Positions 19,575 to 28,875 of a DNA stretch of 64,000 nt are shown here, one piece after another; the first letter of the stretch is position 1, and each line of letters begins with the position of its first letter. A program made the position numbers and the translations under genes. Source of the stretch: Escherichia phage vB_EcoM_F1; sequence record NC_054912.1. One strand, 5' to 3'. The notes beneath the pieces were generated by a model that worked only from the letters and a program-made list of their open reading frames with translations, was not told where the DNA came from and made no database searches.

Positions 19575-19982
19575 TCACTCAATTTCAATTTTACTAAATA
19601 CGCAGAATATGATGGAAAAGACTATATAAGCACCACACACAGATTGAACTAATACCATTCCAAAGAACCAAACAATATTATCAAACAATGTCTGTTTTAC
19701 GTCGAAAGGACGTAAACTTACAGTAATATTATCGCCTTTTTCTATTGATGAATACATCTCTGGGGAAATATATTCGCTAAATCTATAACCGTCATTGAGT
19801 TCATATACAGCAATAAACGATAAACTAGATCCCTTTCCTTGAGTTCCTGTAAGGGTATTAACTACAGTAACATCATAATCTTTATAATGCATATAATCAT
19901 TAATTGCGTAATAACCATATGCAATTACTATACATAAACAACATATCAATAAATTCAATCTTTTAATTATCAACTGTTTCAT
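19575..19982 (-). CDS. membrane protein
   Basis: 135 aa with N- and C-terminal hydrophobic helices. Confidence 0.5.
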   Translation of the reverse strand: MKQLIIKRLNLLICCLCIVIAYGYYAINDYMHYKDYDVTVVNTLTGTQGKGSSLSFIAVYELNDGYRFSEYISPEMYSSIEKGDNITVSLRPFDVKQTLFDNIVWFFGMVLVQSVCGAYIVFSIIFCVFSKIEIE

Positions 19983-20037
19983 AATAATCTCAGTTAAAAG
20001 GGCTTAGAACCATTATACCATCCTTGGTATAAAGCGG

Positions 20038-20565
20038 TTATGCGAGTACCGTCTTTAACCGTTCTTCAAACTTCCGAAGAGTATTCTGGCGTTCAGCTCT
20101 TTGCTTTTTGTAAGTTTCAATACGCTCTGAAATGAGAGTGTATCGTTCATTTACTGATTCTTTCATAAAATCAGGAATTTCACGAGAAGATTTAATCTCG
20201 TCAAATTTATCAATAACAGCTTGCTCTTCAGCAATTAAGTTATCATACATCAAAATATCTTTCTTGATGAACTCAATATCTTCTTGAGTTACACGAGATA
20301 ATTTAGATGCTTTATCCTTTTTGTACTGTTCATTAGTATCACGAGACCAGTGTAATGTACGATTTTTATTCGTATTTTTGTAAATTTCTACAATACCGAT
20401 CTCATCAATAATAACGATCCAATTCCAACGAGATTTGTAAATTTGCCCTCCATCAACCGTGATTTCACCTCCGATTGAGATGTCATTAAAGAACTTGCTT
20501 TGTGCTTCAGATTTAAATTTACCATCATTGTAGTTTACCAAGTTGAAAATATCTTTAGCATTCAT
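20038..20565 (-). CDS. hypothetical protein with C-terminal coiled coil
   Basis: About 175 aa from MNAKDIF with a GGAGGA RBS; the listed ORF extends to 20625. Confidence 0.5.
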   Translation of the reverse strand: MNAKDIFNLVNYNDGKFKSEAQSKFFNDISIGGEITVDGGQIYKSRWNWIVIIDEIGIVEIYKNTNKNRTLHWSRDTNEQYKKDKASKLSRVTQEDIEFIKKDILMYDNLIAEEQAVIDKFDEIKSSREIPDFMKESVNERYTLISERIETYKKQRAERQNTLRKFEERLKTVLA

Positions 20566-20591
20566 TTTCTGTTCCTCCGTAGTTGATAGTT

Positions 20592-20624
20592 GTATAGTAC
20601 CACAGAGGAACGGTCTTGTAAACA
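20592..20624 (-). promoter_or_regulatory. T4-type early promoter
   Basis: Same module as other early promoters (ttgtatagtacca ... tgtaaacaa on plus). Confidence 0.5.
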
Positions 20625-20625
20625 A

Positions 20626-20940
20626 CTAAAAGAAACTTCTTTCACAATTTTTTCCACTGAACCACGCGCTCACTGCTTTCTTAGTCTCAGGAGCAGTGTT
20701 ATCCATAAACCATTCAAAGGCAGCCTTTTTATGATTCTGGAGAGCTTCTCGGGCTTTAATCTGCTCACGGTCTATTAACACTAACATATGAGCCTTTCTT
20801 GTCACCAAGGGCTTCTTATGATTCTTGGAGTATTCCCAGTCATTTGTCCAACGCATTGTCGTTGCGAACTGAAATACTGCTTCTTTAATTTTAGTTTCGT
20901 AAATTTCACGAGCCTTTGAGTATAACATCATTACCTCCAT
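20626..20940 (-). CDS. hypothetical protein
   Basis: 104-aa ORF. Confidence 0.5.
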   Translation of the reverse strand: MEVMMLYSKAREIYETKIKEAVFQFATTMRWTNDWEYSKNHKKPLVTRKAHMLVLIDREQIKAREALQNHKKAAFEWFMDNTAPETKKAVSAWFSGKNCERSFF

Positions 20941-21029
20941 TTACCAGTTTAATTCTAGTCATCTTTTTGATGGCAGTCCATATAATCTATTTCTGAACTG
21001 CCTTTTTGTCATAGAAGGCCTCTTATGAA

Positions 21030-21998
21030 TTATTTCAGAAGAGTAACCTCAGCAATTTCTTCCCAACCATTTTTGTCGGTCATAATAAAGTCAGCAAGAT
21101 AAAGAGCAGTACGCAGTGAAACATTGCGTAAACGATTAACATTGACTTTCATCCATGATAATGCTTTATAAGTTTCTTCATCAGAAAGACCGCGCTTTTG
21201 CATCATGTCAGTTGAAAGAATAACATCTTCAACCCTGACCATAATTTCTTCATTAGTGTGAACACCCAAATCCAAATAAACCGAGCGGGACACTAATGCT
21301 TGTAAATGTGGAGCAAGTTTAGTACCACGGTCTAATTCGCGGTCAATGTCAACGTTTGTGATAAAAACAATCGTTCCTTTAAATTCAAACTCACGCTCAA
21401 TGCCTTTTTCTTCTAAGTAAGAAGATGCAGTGCTCCAGCAGACTTTACGGGTCTCTCCAGTGTCCAGAGCAGCTTTCAGAAGATTAAGAATGTCCATATC
21501 AGAGAAAACATCCACATCATCAATCAAAAGGACAGAATTCTCTTCACGATTATTCCAAAGCTGTTCATAAAGACCGATACCAGAGATTTTACCATTAATG
21601 CTTTTATACTCAATGTATCCAATGTCATTTGCTTTATTTAAAGCTTTATCTAAAGAATACGTTTTACCAATACCCGCCGCACCAGAGATAATTAATGAAC
21701 GAATGTTTCCGTTAATAATACCATTCGTCATCATTCCCATAACATTAAATCTTTTATTAATGCGGGTTTTCATATCTTCATATGATTCTTTAACTTCTTC
21801 AACTTTTACACCATCATATGAAATGTCTGATTTGTAAACCCAAACACCGCGACGCTTACCGTCAATTTCAACAAAAACTTTACCATCTCCTTGTGCATCT
21901 ACCGGAGCATTATCTGGGAACCATTCACCTAAGAGCTCAAAAGTTCCAGAGATTTCTTTACCGAAGTAGATACCCTTATTGATAGTTACAGTTTTCAT
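21030..21998 (-). CDS. AAA+/P-loop ATPase
   Basis: Walker A GAAGIGKTY, Walker B LLIDDVD; start taken at MKTVTINKG with a GGAG RBS. Confidence 0.7.
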   Translation of the reverse strand: MKTVTINKGIYFGKEISGTFELLGEWFPDNAPVDAQGDGKVFVEIDGKRRGVWVYKSDISYDGVKVEEVKESYEDMKTRINKRFNVMGMMTNGIINGNIRSLIISGAAGIGKTYSLDKALNKANDIGYIEYKSINGKISGIGLYEQLWNNREENSVLLIDDVDVFSDMDILNLLKAALDTGETRKVCWSTASSYLEEKGIEREFEFKGTIVFITNVDIDRELDRGTKLAPHLQALVSRSVYLDLGVHTNEEIMVRVEDVILSTDMMQKRGLSDEETYKALSWMKVNVNRLRNVSLRTALYLADFIMTDKNGWEEIAEVTLLK

Positions 21999-22030
21999 TT
22001 TATTCTCCAATCTCACATTTGTTTTGATAG

Positions 22031-22067
22031 GGTAATAGTATCACACTACTACCCTTCTGTAAACAAT
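22031..22067 (-). promoter_or_regulatory. T4-type early promoter
   Basis: ggtaatagtatcac ... tgtaaacaa module. Confidence 0.5.
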
Positions 22068-22331
22068 TTATTTTAACGTTCGCCAAATTTTTACTGCTTC
22101 ACGGCGAGATACTTCTACAGCTCCAAGTTCTACAGCTTTTTGGCGTCGCCGAGCGTGTAAGTCATAATGTTTAATGCGTTTATCTTGAAACCAAGAACGT
22201 TTCATTCCTATTGCTTCTGCCATTTCGTGAAGCTCTTCAATATCTCCATCAGTGAACATATGACAATTTTTAGTTGGATGACCGCGAAGTTTCCATCCAT
22301 GATTCATTAAAACATCTACGTAAACTGTCAT
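22068..22331 (-). CDS. DUF4031-like small protein
   Basis: 87 aa; MTVYVDV...CHMFTD...HYDL pattern as I recall for DUF4031; family assignment from memory. Confidence 0.5.
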   Translation of the reverse strand: MTVYVDVLMNHGWKLRGHPTKNCHMFTDGDIEELHEMAEAIGMKRSWFQDKRIKHYDLHARRRQKAVELGAVEVSRREAVKIWRTLK

Positions 22332-22477
22332 TGATTCTTCTCCAAATAAGTTTCGATAATTTTCTGGGCGAGATAAACCGCGTTATCTTCAGTTGCGTCT
22401 TCTAAGAAACTTTCAAAACACTCTGAAATTTCTTCTGTATCAATCAACTTTTTTACTTCAATTGGTGTAATTTTCAT
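22328..22477 (-). CDS. small ORF (49 aa) translationally coupled to the DUF4031-like gene
   Basis: Not in track; ATGA stop/start overlap with the downstream gene. Confidence 0.35.
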   Translation of the reverse strand: MKITPIEVKKLIDTEEISECFESFLEDATEDNAVYLAQKIIETYLEKNQ

Positions 22478-22512
22478 TTTGTTTTCCGTTTAAGTGTTTG
22501 TTTTGATAGTTG

Positions 22513-22544
22513 TATAGTACCATAAAGCTTTATGCTTGTAAACA
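22513..22544 (-). promoter_or_regulatory. T4-type early promoter
   Basis: Minus TTTACA -35, 18-nt spacer, TACTAT -10, A/T-rich upstream. Confidence 0.55.
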
Positions 22545-22565
22545 ACTTTGTGAAAAATTTTTGAA

Positions 22566-22591
22566 ATAAAAAAGGGAGCCCGAAGGCTCCC
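22566..22591 (-). terminator. rho-independent terminator
   Basis: Minus GGGAGCC-UUCG-GGCUCCC followed by U6. Confidence 0.7.
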
Positions 22592-22593
22592 TA

Positions 22594-23607
22594 TCATTTA
22601 TAATAACTTCGGTGGTTTTCAAGATAGACCTTCTCAAGGAAGTCATCCCAGAAACCCATGTCTACTTTTTGCTGCATACCGTTCTTAGAAGCTTCAGTAG
22701 ATGCTGCTTCTACTTGATCGACCACATCTTCCAAAAACTCTTGAACTGTTTTAAATGGATGCTTACCCAACTTCACGTCGAGAATAAATGGAGCATCTTG
22801 GAGTGGATAAACCAAGTCACCAGTTTTGTAAATTTCCAATAGTTGGAGTCCACCACGGCAAGCATGACTCAGAGCTTTCCAGTCAATACCTTCATTGGCT
22901 TCGGCCTTACGAGCGCGTTCACCATATTCAGCATCTAATTTGTTCAGTGACTGCTTAAGCTCAATAAGAGAAAGAGTTGTCTGATATTTACGACCCAACA
23001 CTGTGTAAAACGTCTGTGGGCCTGTTTTCTCATGATTATGGAACACCCATTCACAGAATTCGTTTTCTGGAAGACGATGCTTAATATCTTCAACTTTAGT
23101 ACGACGCTGCTTAATGGAACCGTCTTCTTGGTAATCAACCCATTGCTCAGGGATTTGATTAACTACTTTCAATACATCGCGTAATGCAGCCAAACGAGAA
23201 CCCTTAACGCCGTATTTAGAAGCTTGCTTACGGACATATCCTAAATATGATTTCATGTTAGTCGTATAAAAACGAGAACGGTTGTCTTGAATAAACTTCC
23301 ATACATCAGGCAAATCAGATTTAACCACTAGTTCAGGCGGAGTGTGAAGCATATCCAATGCTACAGTTTCACCATCTGCCGCTAATTTAAAGAAATACTT
23401 AAGACTGTATAGTTCATGGTCAATATCATCTTTAGTGTTTTTAGATGATGTGTTGTTAGTGTTTTTGCTCATATGCTCTTTAACATTTCCGATAAGAATA
23501 TCGCGAGCAGGAGGAACAAAAATTTCTTTAAAATCTACATCAGATTCTGGAGTAGAAGTTCCATAAAGATGACTACCAAAATAGCTTTTCATTACTGTTT
23601 TCATCAT
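22594..23607 (-). CDS. nucleotidyltransferase-fold protein (Pol-beta-like GS...DxD motif)
   Basis: 337 aa; N-terminal GSHLYGTSTPESDVD with a candidate third Asp about 60 aa downstream. Confidence 0.6.
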   Translation of the reverse strand: MMKTVMKSYFGSHLYGTSTPESDVDFKEIFVPPARDILIGNVKEHMSKNTNNTSSKNTKDDIDHELYSLKYFFKLAADGETVALDMLHTPPELVVKSDLPDVWKFIQDNRSRFYTTNMKSYLGYVRKQASKYGVKGSRLAALRDVLKVVNQIPEQWVDYQEDGSIKQRRTKVEDIKHRLPENEFCEWVFHNHEKTGPQTFYTVLGRKYQTTLSLIELKQSLNKLDAEYGERARKAEANEGIDWKALSHACRGGLQLLEIYKTGDLVYPLQDAPFILDVKLGKHPFKTVQEFLEDVVDQVEAASTEASKNGMQQKVDMGFWDDFLEKVYLENHRSYYK

Positions 23608-24065
23608 TCAGCCTTATATTCAATAACAGGACATACTTTAGCTTTACGAGCTTTTAAAAATTCAACGATAATCGATTTCTTGGGTTGAATAGGAGGTAAA
23701 CCTTTATTTTTCCTATCAATGTTTTCTACGTGTAAAGCATAATCCTTTTTCCATTTATAATCTTTATATTTTTCACGCAAATGTACAGGAATAACAAATG
23801 AACCAATAATAAGTAAAACAAGCAAAATGGCAAGTATAAATGCTGATGGAAGCAAAGTCCATAAACTACCGAAAATAAGCCATCGTTGTAAGCTTTCTGC
23901 ACAAATAATTGTTAGCCCTACGAGTATAGCACACCCAAAAATAGAAACGAAAAATGTAGGGATAACAATAGACCAAAAATATGCGCATAGTGTCTTAGGT
24001 CGTTGCCATTCATCGTTAAACAATTTGAATAATTTATAGTGCCAAGAGTTTTCATTAATAATCAT
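23604..24065 (-). CDS. membrane protein
   Basis: 153 aa with 2-3 predicted TM helices. Confidence 0.5.
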   Translation of the reverse strand: MIINENSWHYKLFKLFNDEWQRPKTLCAYFWSIVIPTFFVSIFGCAILVGLTIICAESLQRWLIFGSLWTLLPSAFILAILLVLLIIGSFVIPVHLREKYKDYKWKKDYALHVENIDRKNKGLPPIQPKKSIIVEFLKARKAKVCPVIEYKAE

Positions 24066-24067
24066 AA

Positions 24068-24589
24068 CTATCCTTTCATTGAAGGCGTAACAGTTGTTAA
24101 ATACTTAATCATAGCTTCAGCTTCTGATTTTGATAGTGAAATTTCTCCATTGTTTTGACGAATAGAAATAAAATCCGGATGACGGTCACCACCAGCTTTT
24201 AAAACACACATATAAGTATCAGTTTCATCTTCAATATCTGAAATGATTGAAGCAGTTCCACATGAATGTGGTTTTTGATAAATCAATACAGCTTTTCTTC
24301 CACCGTTTGACTGTTCATAAACTTTTAACACATCAAACAAATCGCTTCTTTTATCAATAGCTAAGATGTTGTTTTCATCTTCAATATTAAATCCTTCGGA
24401 TACTTCATAAAGTGTCACCCATAAATCACCAATATCAATAACAGCGTTCACTTTTCCATGACTTTCAAGAGCATTACAAATTTTCTTAATTTCATCATAA
24501 CTCATTTTAATAATATCATCTCCTTGAATAAGGAAGATGTCATTTTTAAATTCAACACGAATTAAACCACTTCCACTTGAAATAAACAT
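24068..24589 (-). CDS. hypothetical protein, paralogue of the next gene
   Basis: 173 aa; C-terminal ...SEAEAMIKYLTTVTPSMKG resembles the neighbour. Confidence 0.5.
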   Translation of the reverse strand: MFISSGSGLIRVEFKNDIFLIQGDDIIKMSYDEIKKICNALESHGKVNAVIDIGDLWVTLYEVSEGFNIEDENNILAIDKRSDLFDVLKVYEQSNGGRKAVLIYQKPHSCGTASIISDIEDETDTYMCVLKAGGDRHPDFISIRQNNGEISLSKSEAEAMIKYLTTVTPSMKG

Positions 24590-24595
24590 ATTTCC

Positions 24596-25150
24596 TCACT
24601 TTGAAATCATAGTTGGAATGACAGAATCGAGATAAGTCTTTAGCGCAATAGCTTCGTCTTTGGTAAATGTGACAATATACGATCGAAAATCATCAATTTG
24701 ACGAATAGTTAAGACATCACCATCTTCATAGCATTTTGATACGTTTAAAACAGTTTCATCATTCTGATTGCAAGCGTTAGTAATAATAGCATTGCAATTT
24801 TTGAGCCATTTTAAACTATGTTTTCTTTCATTAGAATAATAAAAATATTTAATCTTATCTATAAAACTATCCCAATGGATAACTGATAAACACATTGACT
24901 CACTTTTAATATTAAATCCTGGGCATGAAGAATAAAAATGAATTTTGTGCTCATCATTGATGCTTACTATTTTATCAGTATAAGGATATTCAATTTGGGT
25001 TAAATGAATGATTTCACTAGGCGTAAAATATAGCATATCGTCTTCTTGTGTCAAACGATACATATTATTTACTTTTTCTATAGCTAATTCACCAAAAAGC
25101 GGACTAACTTCTAATACTAATCGTTTCATATTAATCCTTTTTATTGGCAC
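24596..25150 (-). CDS. hypothetical protein, paralogue of the previous gene
   Basis: 184 aa; C-terminal ...DEAIALKTYLDSVIPTMISK. Confidence 0.5.
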   Translation of the reverse strand: MPIKRINMKRLVLEVSPLFGELAIEKVNNMYRLTQEDDMLYFTPSEIIHLTQIEYPYTDKIVSINDEHKIHFYSSCPGFNIKSESMCLSVIHWDSFIDKIKYFYYSNERKHSLKWLKNCNAIITNACNQNDETVLNVSKCYEDGDVLTIRQIDDFRSYIVTFTKDEAIALKTYLDSVIPTMISK

Positions 25151-25409
25151 GAATTTGTTCTAAAATTTTAGAATATTCCTTTGTATCAGATTTACGTACA
25201 ATTGATACACTATAAGGCATACTATCGGTGTCTTTTATAAAGCGTTCCAAATGACACTCTAACAAAATTTCTGGATTATAAATCGTGTACATCAAATTAC
25301 CTGTTGCTCCACGATATTGGCAGATTTCTACTGATTGAACACCATTCCATAATTTTGTTAAAACTAAATCACCTACTTCTAATTTAGGAAAGCCCATGTT
25401 ATTCACCAA
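25131..25409 (-). CDS. hypothetical small protein
   Basis: 92-aa ORF. Confidence 0.45.
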   Translation of the reverse strand: MVNNMGFPKLEVGDLVLTKLWNGVQSVEICQYRGATGNLMYTIYNPEILLECHLERFIKDTDSMPYSVSIVRKSDTKEYSKILEQIRANKKD

Positions 25410-25584
25410 TTAAAGTTTCAATATAAGAATCAAGATTTACTTTAGCTTCTTCCATAAGAGTTTTGTATTTAATCTTGTTAGCATGTCCGGAGAAAGCTGA
25501 TTCATCAATAACTGTTGCTGTATGAACAGCTTTGCTATATGTTTCAATTAATTCTTTTAATTTAAAAGCCTGCTCACTTGTCAT
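25399..25584 (-). CDS. small helical protein, member of tandem paralogue set
   Basis: 61 aa, MTSEQAFKLKELIETY... Confidence 0.45.
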   Translation of the reverse strand: MTSEQAFKLKELIETYSKAVHTATVIDESAFSGHANKIKYKTLMEEAKVNLDSYIETLIGE

Positions 25585-25748
25585 TACATACTCCTTTGAA
25601 TAATATCAATAATGTTGTTCACCAGATTATAAGTAAACATTGGGTAATTATATTGAATCATCACATACACAACAAACAAAACTTTCATTCTCTTCTCCTT
25701 GGCAGTTGACAAGATTACTATACCATAACCTTGCCAACTTGTAAACCA

Positions 25749-25922
25749 TTAAATGACGTTTTCAATAAAATTCTGAAGCTTTGTATGAGCATCAACCATG
25801 ATTTTCAATTCTTCTTTAGCGAAAGCTGTACCTCTTTCACGAGAAGAACATTCATAGTCAGAAACTGCATTAGCATATTCTTCAATTAGCTTCATTAAAA
25901 ACATCTGCTTTTCAGTTTTCAT
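25749..25922 (-). CDS. small helical protein, member of tandem paralogue set (unlisted)
   Basis: 57 aa MKTEKQMFLMKLIEEYANAV...; found by manual translation. Confidence 0.4.
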   Translation of the reverse strand: MKTEKQMFLMKLIEEYANAVSDYECSSRERGTAFAKEELKIMVDAHTKLQNFIENVI

Positions 25923-26106
25923 TATTCCACCTAATCATTTCAAGATATTGAACTAACTTAGCTTTGGATTTATCCAAATCCTTTTTAGCTGCTTCTATAC
26001 CGTCGTATGAATATCCTTCACAATGCTCAACTGCTAATTGGTATGAATCTATTTCAATATCACGTGCTAATTTAATGATTTTTTCAAACTGTTCACGTGT
26101 TAGCAT
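25912..26106 (-). CDS. small helical protein, member of tandem paralogue set
   Basis: 64 aa, MLTREQFEKIIKLARD... Confidence 0.45.
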   Translation of the reverse strand: MLTREQFEKIIKLARDIEIDSYQLAVEHCEGYSYDGIEAAKKDLDKSKAKLVQYLEMIRWNNEN

Positions 26107-26108
26107 AC

Positions 26109-26300
26109 TTACACTCTCGTATTATGATCGATAATTTCATCAAGAAACATATCTAACGCTTCTACAGCATTATTAAATTTAGCTTCAAATTCTTCAATAC
26201 CTGATAAACCTGATAAGGCAAAGTTAATGCGTTCCTCATCTGCTTTACGAATTGAAGCCACTAATTCCTTGATTTTATCCGCTTGCTCTACACTAATCAT
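26109..26300 (-). CDS. small helical protein, member of tandem paralogue set
   Basis: About 63 aa from [16 protein letters not shown]; the listed ORF extends to 26336. Confidence 0.45.
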   Translation of the reverse strand: MISVEQADKIKELVASIRKADEERINFALSGLSGIEEFEAKFNNAVEALDMFLDEIIDHNTRV

Positions 26301-26533
26301 TATTCCACCACATATGAAAGAGAGAATATTGCACACGCCATGTGAGTTGCAACTTCATCACACATATCATAACGTTTCTTAAGAAGTTCTACAAGTTCTT
26401 CACTAGTGACTTCATCCATGTCGACGAAAAAATCACCATTAATGATGACATAGATATTTCCTTCTTGATTAAGTGCTTCAATTTTCATGATGTTCTCCTC
26501 TTTATCCGATGGTTGTATAGTATCACAGCTCAA
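26300..26533 (-). CDS. hypothetical small protein
   Basis: 77-aa ORF. Confidence 0.45.
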   Translation of the reverse strand: MSCDTIQPSDKEENIMKIEALNQEGNIYVIINGDFFVDMDEVTSEELVELLKKRYDMCDEVATHMACAIFSLSYVVE

Positions 26534-26547
26534 ATGGAAAGTAAACC
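26513..26547 (-). promoter_or_regulatory. T4-type early promoter
   Basis: ggttgtatagtatcac ... agtaaacc module. Confidence 0.5.
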
Positions 26548-26556
26548 GGTAAAATG

Positions 26557-26578
26557 AAAAAAGTCTCCCGAAGGAGAC
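26557..26578 (-). terminator. rho-independent terminator
   Basis: Minus GUCUCC-UUCG-GGAGAC followed by U6. Confidence 0.65.
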
Positions 26579-26583
26579 TAATG

Positions 26584-26859
26584 TTATTCGAGGGAAAGAA
26601 GATACTTACTCTGGTAAAACATTCCAGTAATATCATCTATCGTGCTTTGGATGGCTGGAGGCATTTCTTTATAAATGCTGTTAGATTGGTCTAGTATGCG
26701 ATCAATCATTTTAATTGTGTCGGTAGGAAGTTTACTAGCATCTGGAATTGAAGGTGTGTATTTTCTACCAGAATACCCCAAATATTGCTCACCAAATTTA
26801 TCAATCAAATCTGGCAACTCGGAGAAAATAAAATCGTCTAGCATAACTTTTAGTTTCAA
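26584..26859 (-). CDS. hypothetical protein (rI.-1 position)
   Basis: 91-aa ORF just downstream of rI. Confidence 0.5.
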   Translation of the reverse strand: MKLKVMLDDFIFSELPDLIDKFGEQYLGYSGRKYTPSIPDASKLPTDTIKMIDRILDQSNSIYKEMPPAIQSTIDDITGMFYQSKYLLSLE

Positions 26860-26955
26860 AATGCGCAGAATGAAAATAAGCTTGTGCAGCCATTAATAAA
26901 CCTAAGTATTCATCTGCCTTTGAAGGTTTTCCACTTTGTGAAAAGTCGCTGAATT

Positions 26956-27249
26956 TCATTCAGTCTCCAATTTAATGTTCATAATTCTAGCGTATGATTG
27001 TGCCATCTCCGCGCCTCGCTCTATACATTCAAAATCGGAAGAGCACGGGTCATTTTTATAAGTCGTTCGCATAAAACTATAGAACTGTTCAGATGATTCT
27101 ACGCTTTTATTTTCAAAAAGCATATAAACGTGTCTAATACCAGATTCCATAAATTTATCAAAATGAGGATCGACATTCGCTTCAATTGGTGGAGATAAAG
27201 CAAACGCTAATCCTAGCATGGCAAATAGTGCCGTTGCTTTTAAGGCCAT
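26956..27249 (-). CDS. rI: lysis-inhibition regulator rI
   Basis: 97 aa with N-terminal signal-anchor; matches T4 RI. Confidence 0.9.
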   Translation of the reverse strand: MALKATALFAMLGLAFALSPPIEANVDPHFDKFMESGIRHVYMLFENKSVESSEQFYSFMRTTYKNDPCSSDFECIERGAEMAQSYARIMNIKLETE

Positions 27250-27261
27250 AAAGGCCTCCTA

Positions 27262-27474
27262 TCATTTTTGTCCTGTATTTACTTTATGCCGATGCACGGC
27301 CTTAACTTTATCAAGGTATTTTTCAAAATTTCGCAATCTAGTATAGTCTGCCGGAGATTGGTTGAGTGATACTTCTCGACGCAAAGCTGAAATGATATTT
27401 CCAACTTCCCTACGAATTTCATCTAATTGAAGAACAGTAAGATTGCAAAGTTGCTTTTCAGTTAATTGTAGCAT
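27262..27474 (-). CDS. hypothetical protein (rI.1 position)
   Basis: 70-aa ORF. Confidence 0.5.
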   Translation of the reverse strand: MLQLTEKQLCNLTVLQLDEIRREVGNIISALRREVSLNQSPADYTRLRNFEKYLDKVKAVHRHKVNTGQK

Positions 27475-27516
27475 ATATACCCCTTTAGTTAGATAAACCT
27501 ATTTATAACTTTTGCA

Positions 27517-28098
27517 CTAACCGAGCTTTTTAGTTAATTCGTTCCAATGTTTTCTACACAAAGAAACATAAATTTCATCACCAATACAGATTTGATTACC
27601 TTCTTTAACTGGTGTTCCATCTTCCATTAATCGAGCTGTCATAATAGCTTTTTTACCACAATGACAAACTGCCTTTAGTTCAATAAGTTTATCTGCAATC
27701 GCCAAAAGTTCTTTAGAACCTTCAAATAATTTTCCAGCGAAATCAGTCCTTAATCCATAAGCCATAACAGGAACATTATATGTATCAACAATTCGGCTTA
27801 ATTGATGCACTTGTTCAGTTTTTAAAAACTGAGCTTCATCTACAAATACGCAATGAATATCTTTTTGTGCTTCAGCCCATTTATAGAACTCGAAAATATC
27901 CATATCATCTGTAATAATATTCGCTTCCTGCTTAATTCCAATGCGAGAAACGACTTCACAGACAGAATCGCGAGTATCAATAGCGGGTTTAAGAACTAAT
28001 ACACTCATTCCACGTTCTTTATAATTATGTGCGGCAGTCAAAAGAGAAGCAGATTTTCCAGCATTCATTGCTGCATAAGTAAAAATTAAACTCGCCAT
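27517..28098 (-). CDS. tk: thymidine kinase
   Basis: 193 aa; P-loop AMNAGKS and C-terminal zinc-binding Cys pairs. Confidence 0.95.
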   Translation of the reverse strand: MASLIFTYAAMNAGKSASLLTAAHNYKERGMSVLVLKPAIDTRDSVCEVVSRIGIKQEANIITDDMDIFEFYKWAEAQKDIHCVFVDEAQFLKTEQVHQLSRIVDTYNVPVMAYGLRTDFAGKLFEGSKELLAIADKLIELKAVCHCGKKAIMTARLMEDGTPVKEGNQICIGDEIYVSLCRKHWNELTKKLG

Positions 28099-28107
28099 AT
28101 CACCTTC

Positions 28108-28293
28108 TTAAAGCGTATTCACATAAGCTATTAATTCATTTTCTTTCTTATCAAACCGATCAGCAAATTCTTCCTGCTGTTCGGGAGATAACGGGCCGTA
28201 TTCATCATAAAAGGTGTTTGCTTCTGTATGCTCATCTAGAAGTTCATGGATAAGCTCAAATAATTTATCTTTTTGTTCTTTACTCAGACTCAT
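28108..28293 (-). CDS. small helical protein (tk.1 position), related to the tandem small-protein family
   Basis: 61 aa, MSLSKEQKDKLFELIHELL... Confidence 0.5.
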   Translation of the reverse strand: MSLSKEQKDKLFELIHELLDEHTEANTFYDEYGPLSPEQQEEFADRFDKKENELIAYVNTL

Positions 28294-28459
28294 ATATTAA
28301 TTTCCAGGAGTTTTAAAATAATTCGCTTTTGCTTAAATATTTCCATAGTTAAATGACCAGTATCTTTTTGACCGATTCCAATGGCAAAACCTTTATTAAC
28401 AGCGAGTTCAATTAAATTATCAAGCTCACGTAACACTTCGTATTGTAACTCAAAACTAT

Positions 28460-28666
28460 TCATTTTGGTTTACCTTCTTTAACGAAATCTGGATAAGGAT
28501 AAAATCCCGAATAAAATCCTTCACCTTTATGATTGATACATCCTTTATTAGAACAATAGCACCAATAATCGAAATCACAAGCCATTTCATCGTTGCATAA
28601 AGCAAAAACAACCGGCCACTTACACTTTTCACAATGGGCATTTTTAAGAATACTAGTTTGGCTCAT
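28460..28666 (-). CDS. Cys-rich small protein
   Basis: About 68 aa with several Cys pairs; start set at the internal Met giving an ATGA overlap. Confidence 0.45.
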   Translation of the reverse strand: MSQTSILKNAHCEKCKWPVVFALCNDEMACDFDYWCYCSNKGCINHKGEGFYSGFYPYPDFVKEGKPK

Positions 28667-28875
28667 AACCATGTCACCTTCAAGCAATATTCTTCTACGT
28701 GCTGTTTGCGACCTTTCTTATCAATAAAGGTATATTCAACGAATGTTCCAATGTAGTCTTTATCTACATCATGTAGACTATTAATTGGGCATTTAGTACG
28801 GCAAATGCGTTCCCATTGACGAATAATTTCTGCTTTGTTTTTAGGATCAAACGGATGCGGGTAATGCACTTTCAT
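28663..28875 (-). CDS. hypothetical small protein
   Basis: 70-aa ORF. Confidence 0.45.
   Translation of the reverse strand: MKVHYPHPFDPKNKAEIIRQWERICRTKCPINSLHDVDKDYIGTFVEYTFIDKKGRKQHVEEYCLKVTWL

Noticed and set aside
28456-28641. 61-aa ORF in an alternative frame of the Cys-rich gene at 28460-28666
   Set aside because: Hydrophobic low-complexity translation; the other frame gives a Cys-pair-rich protein with ATGA coupling to its neighbour.
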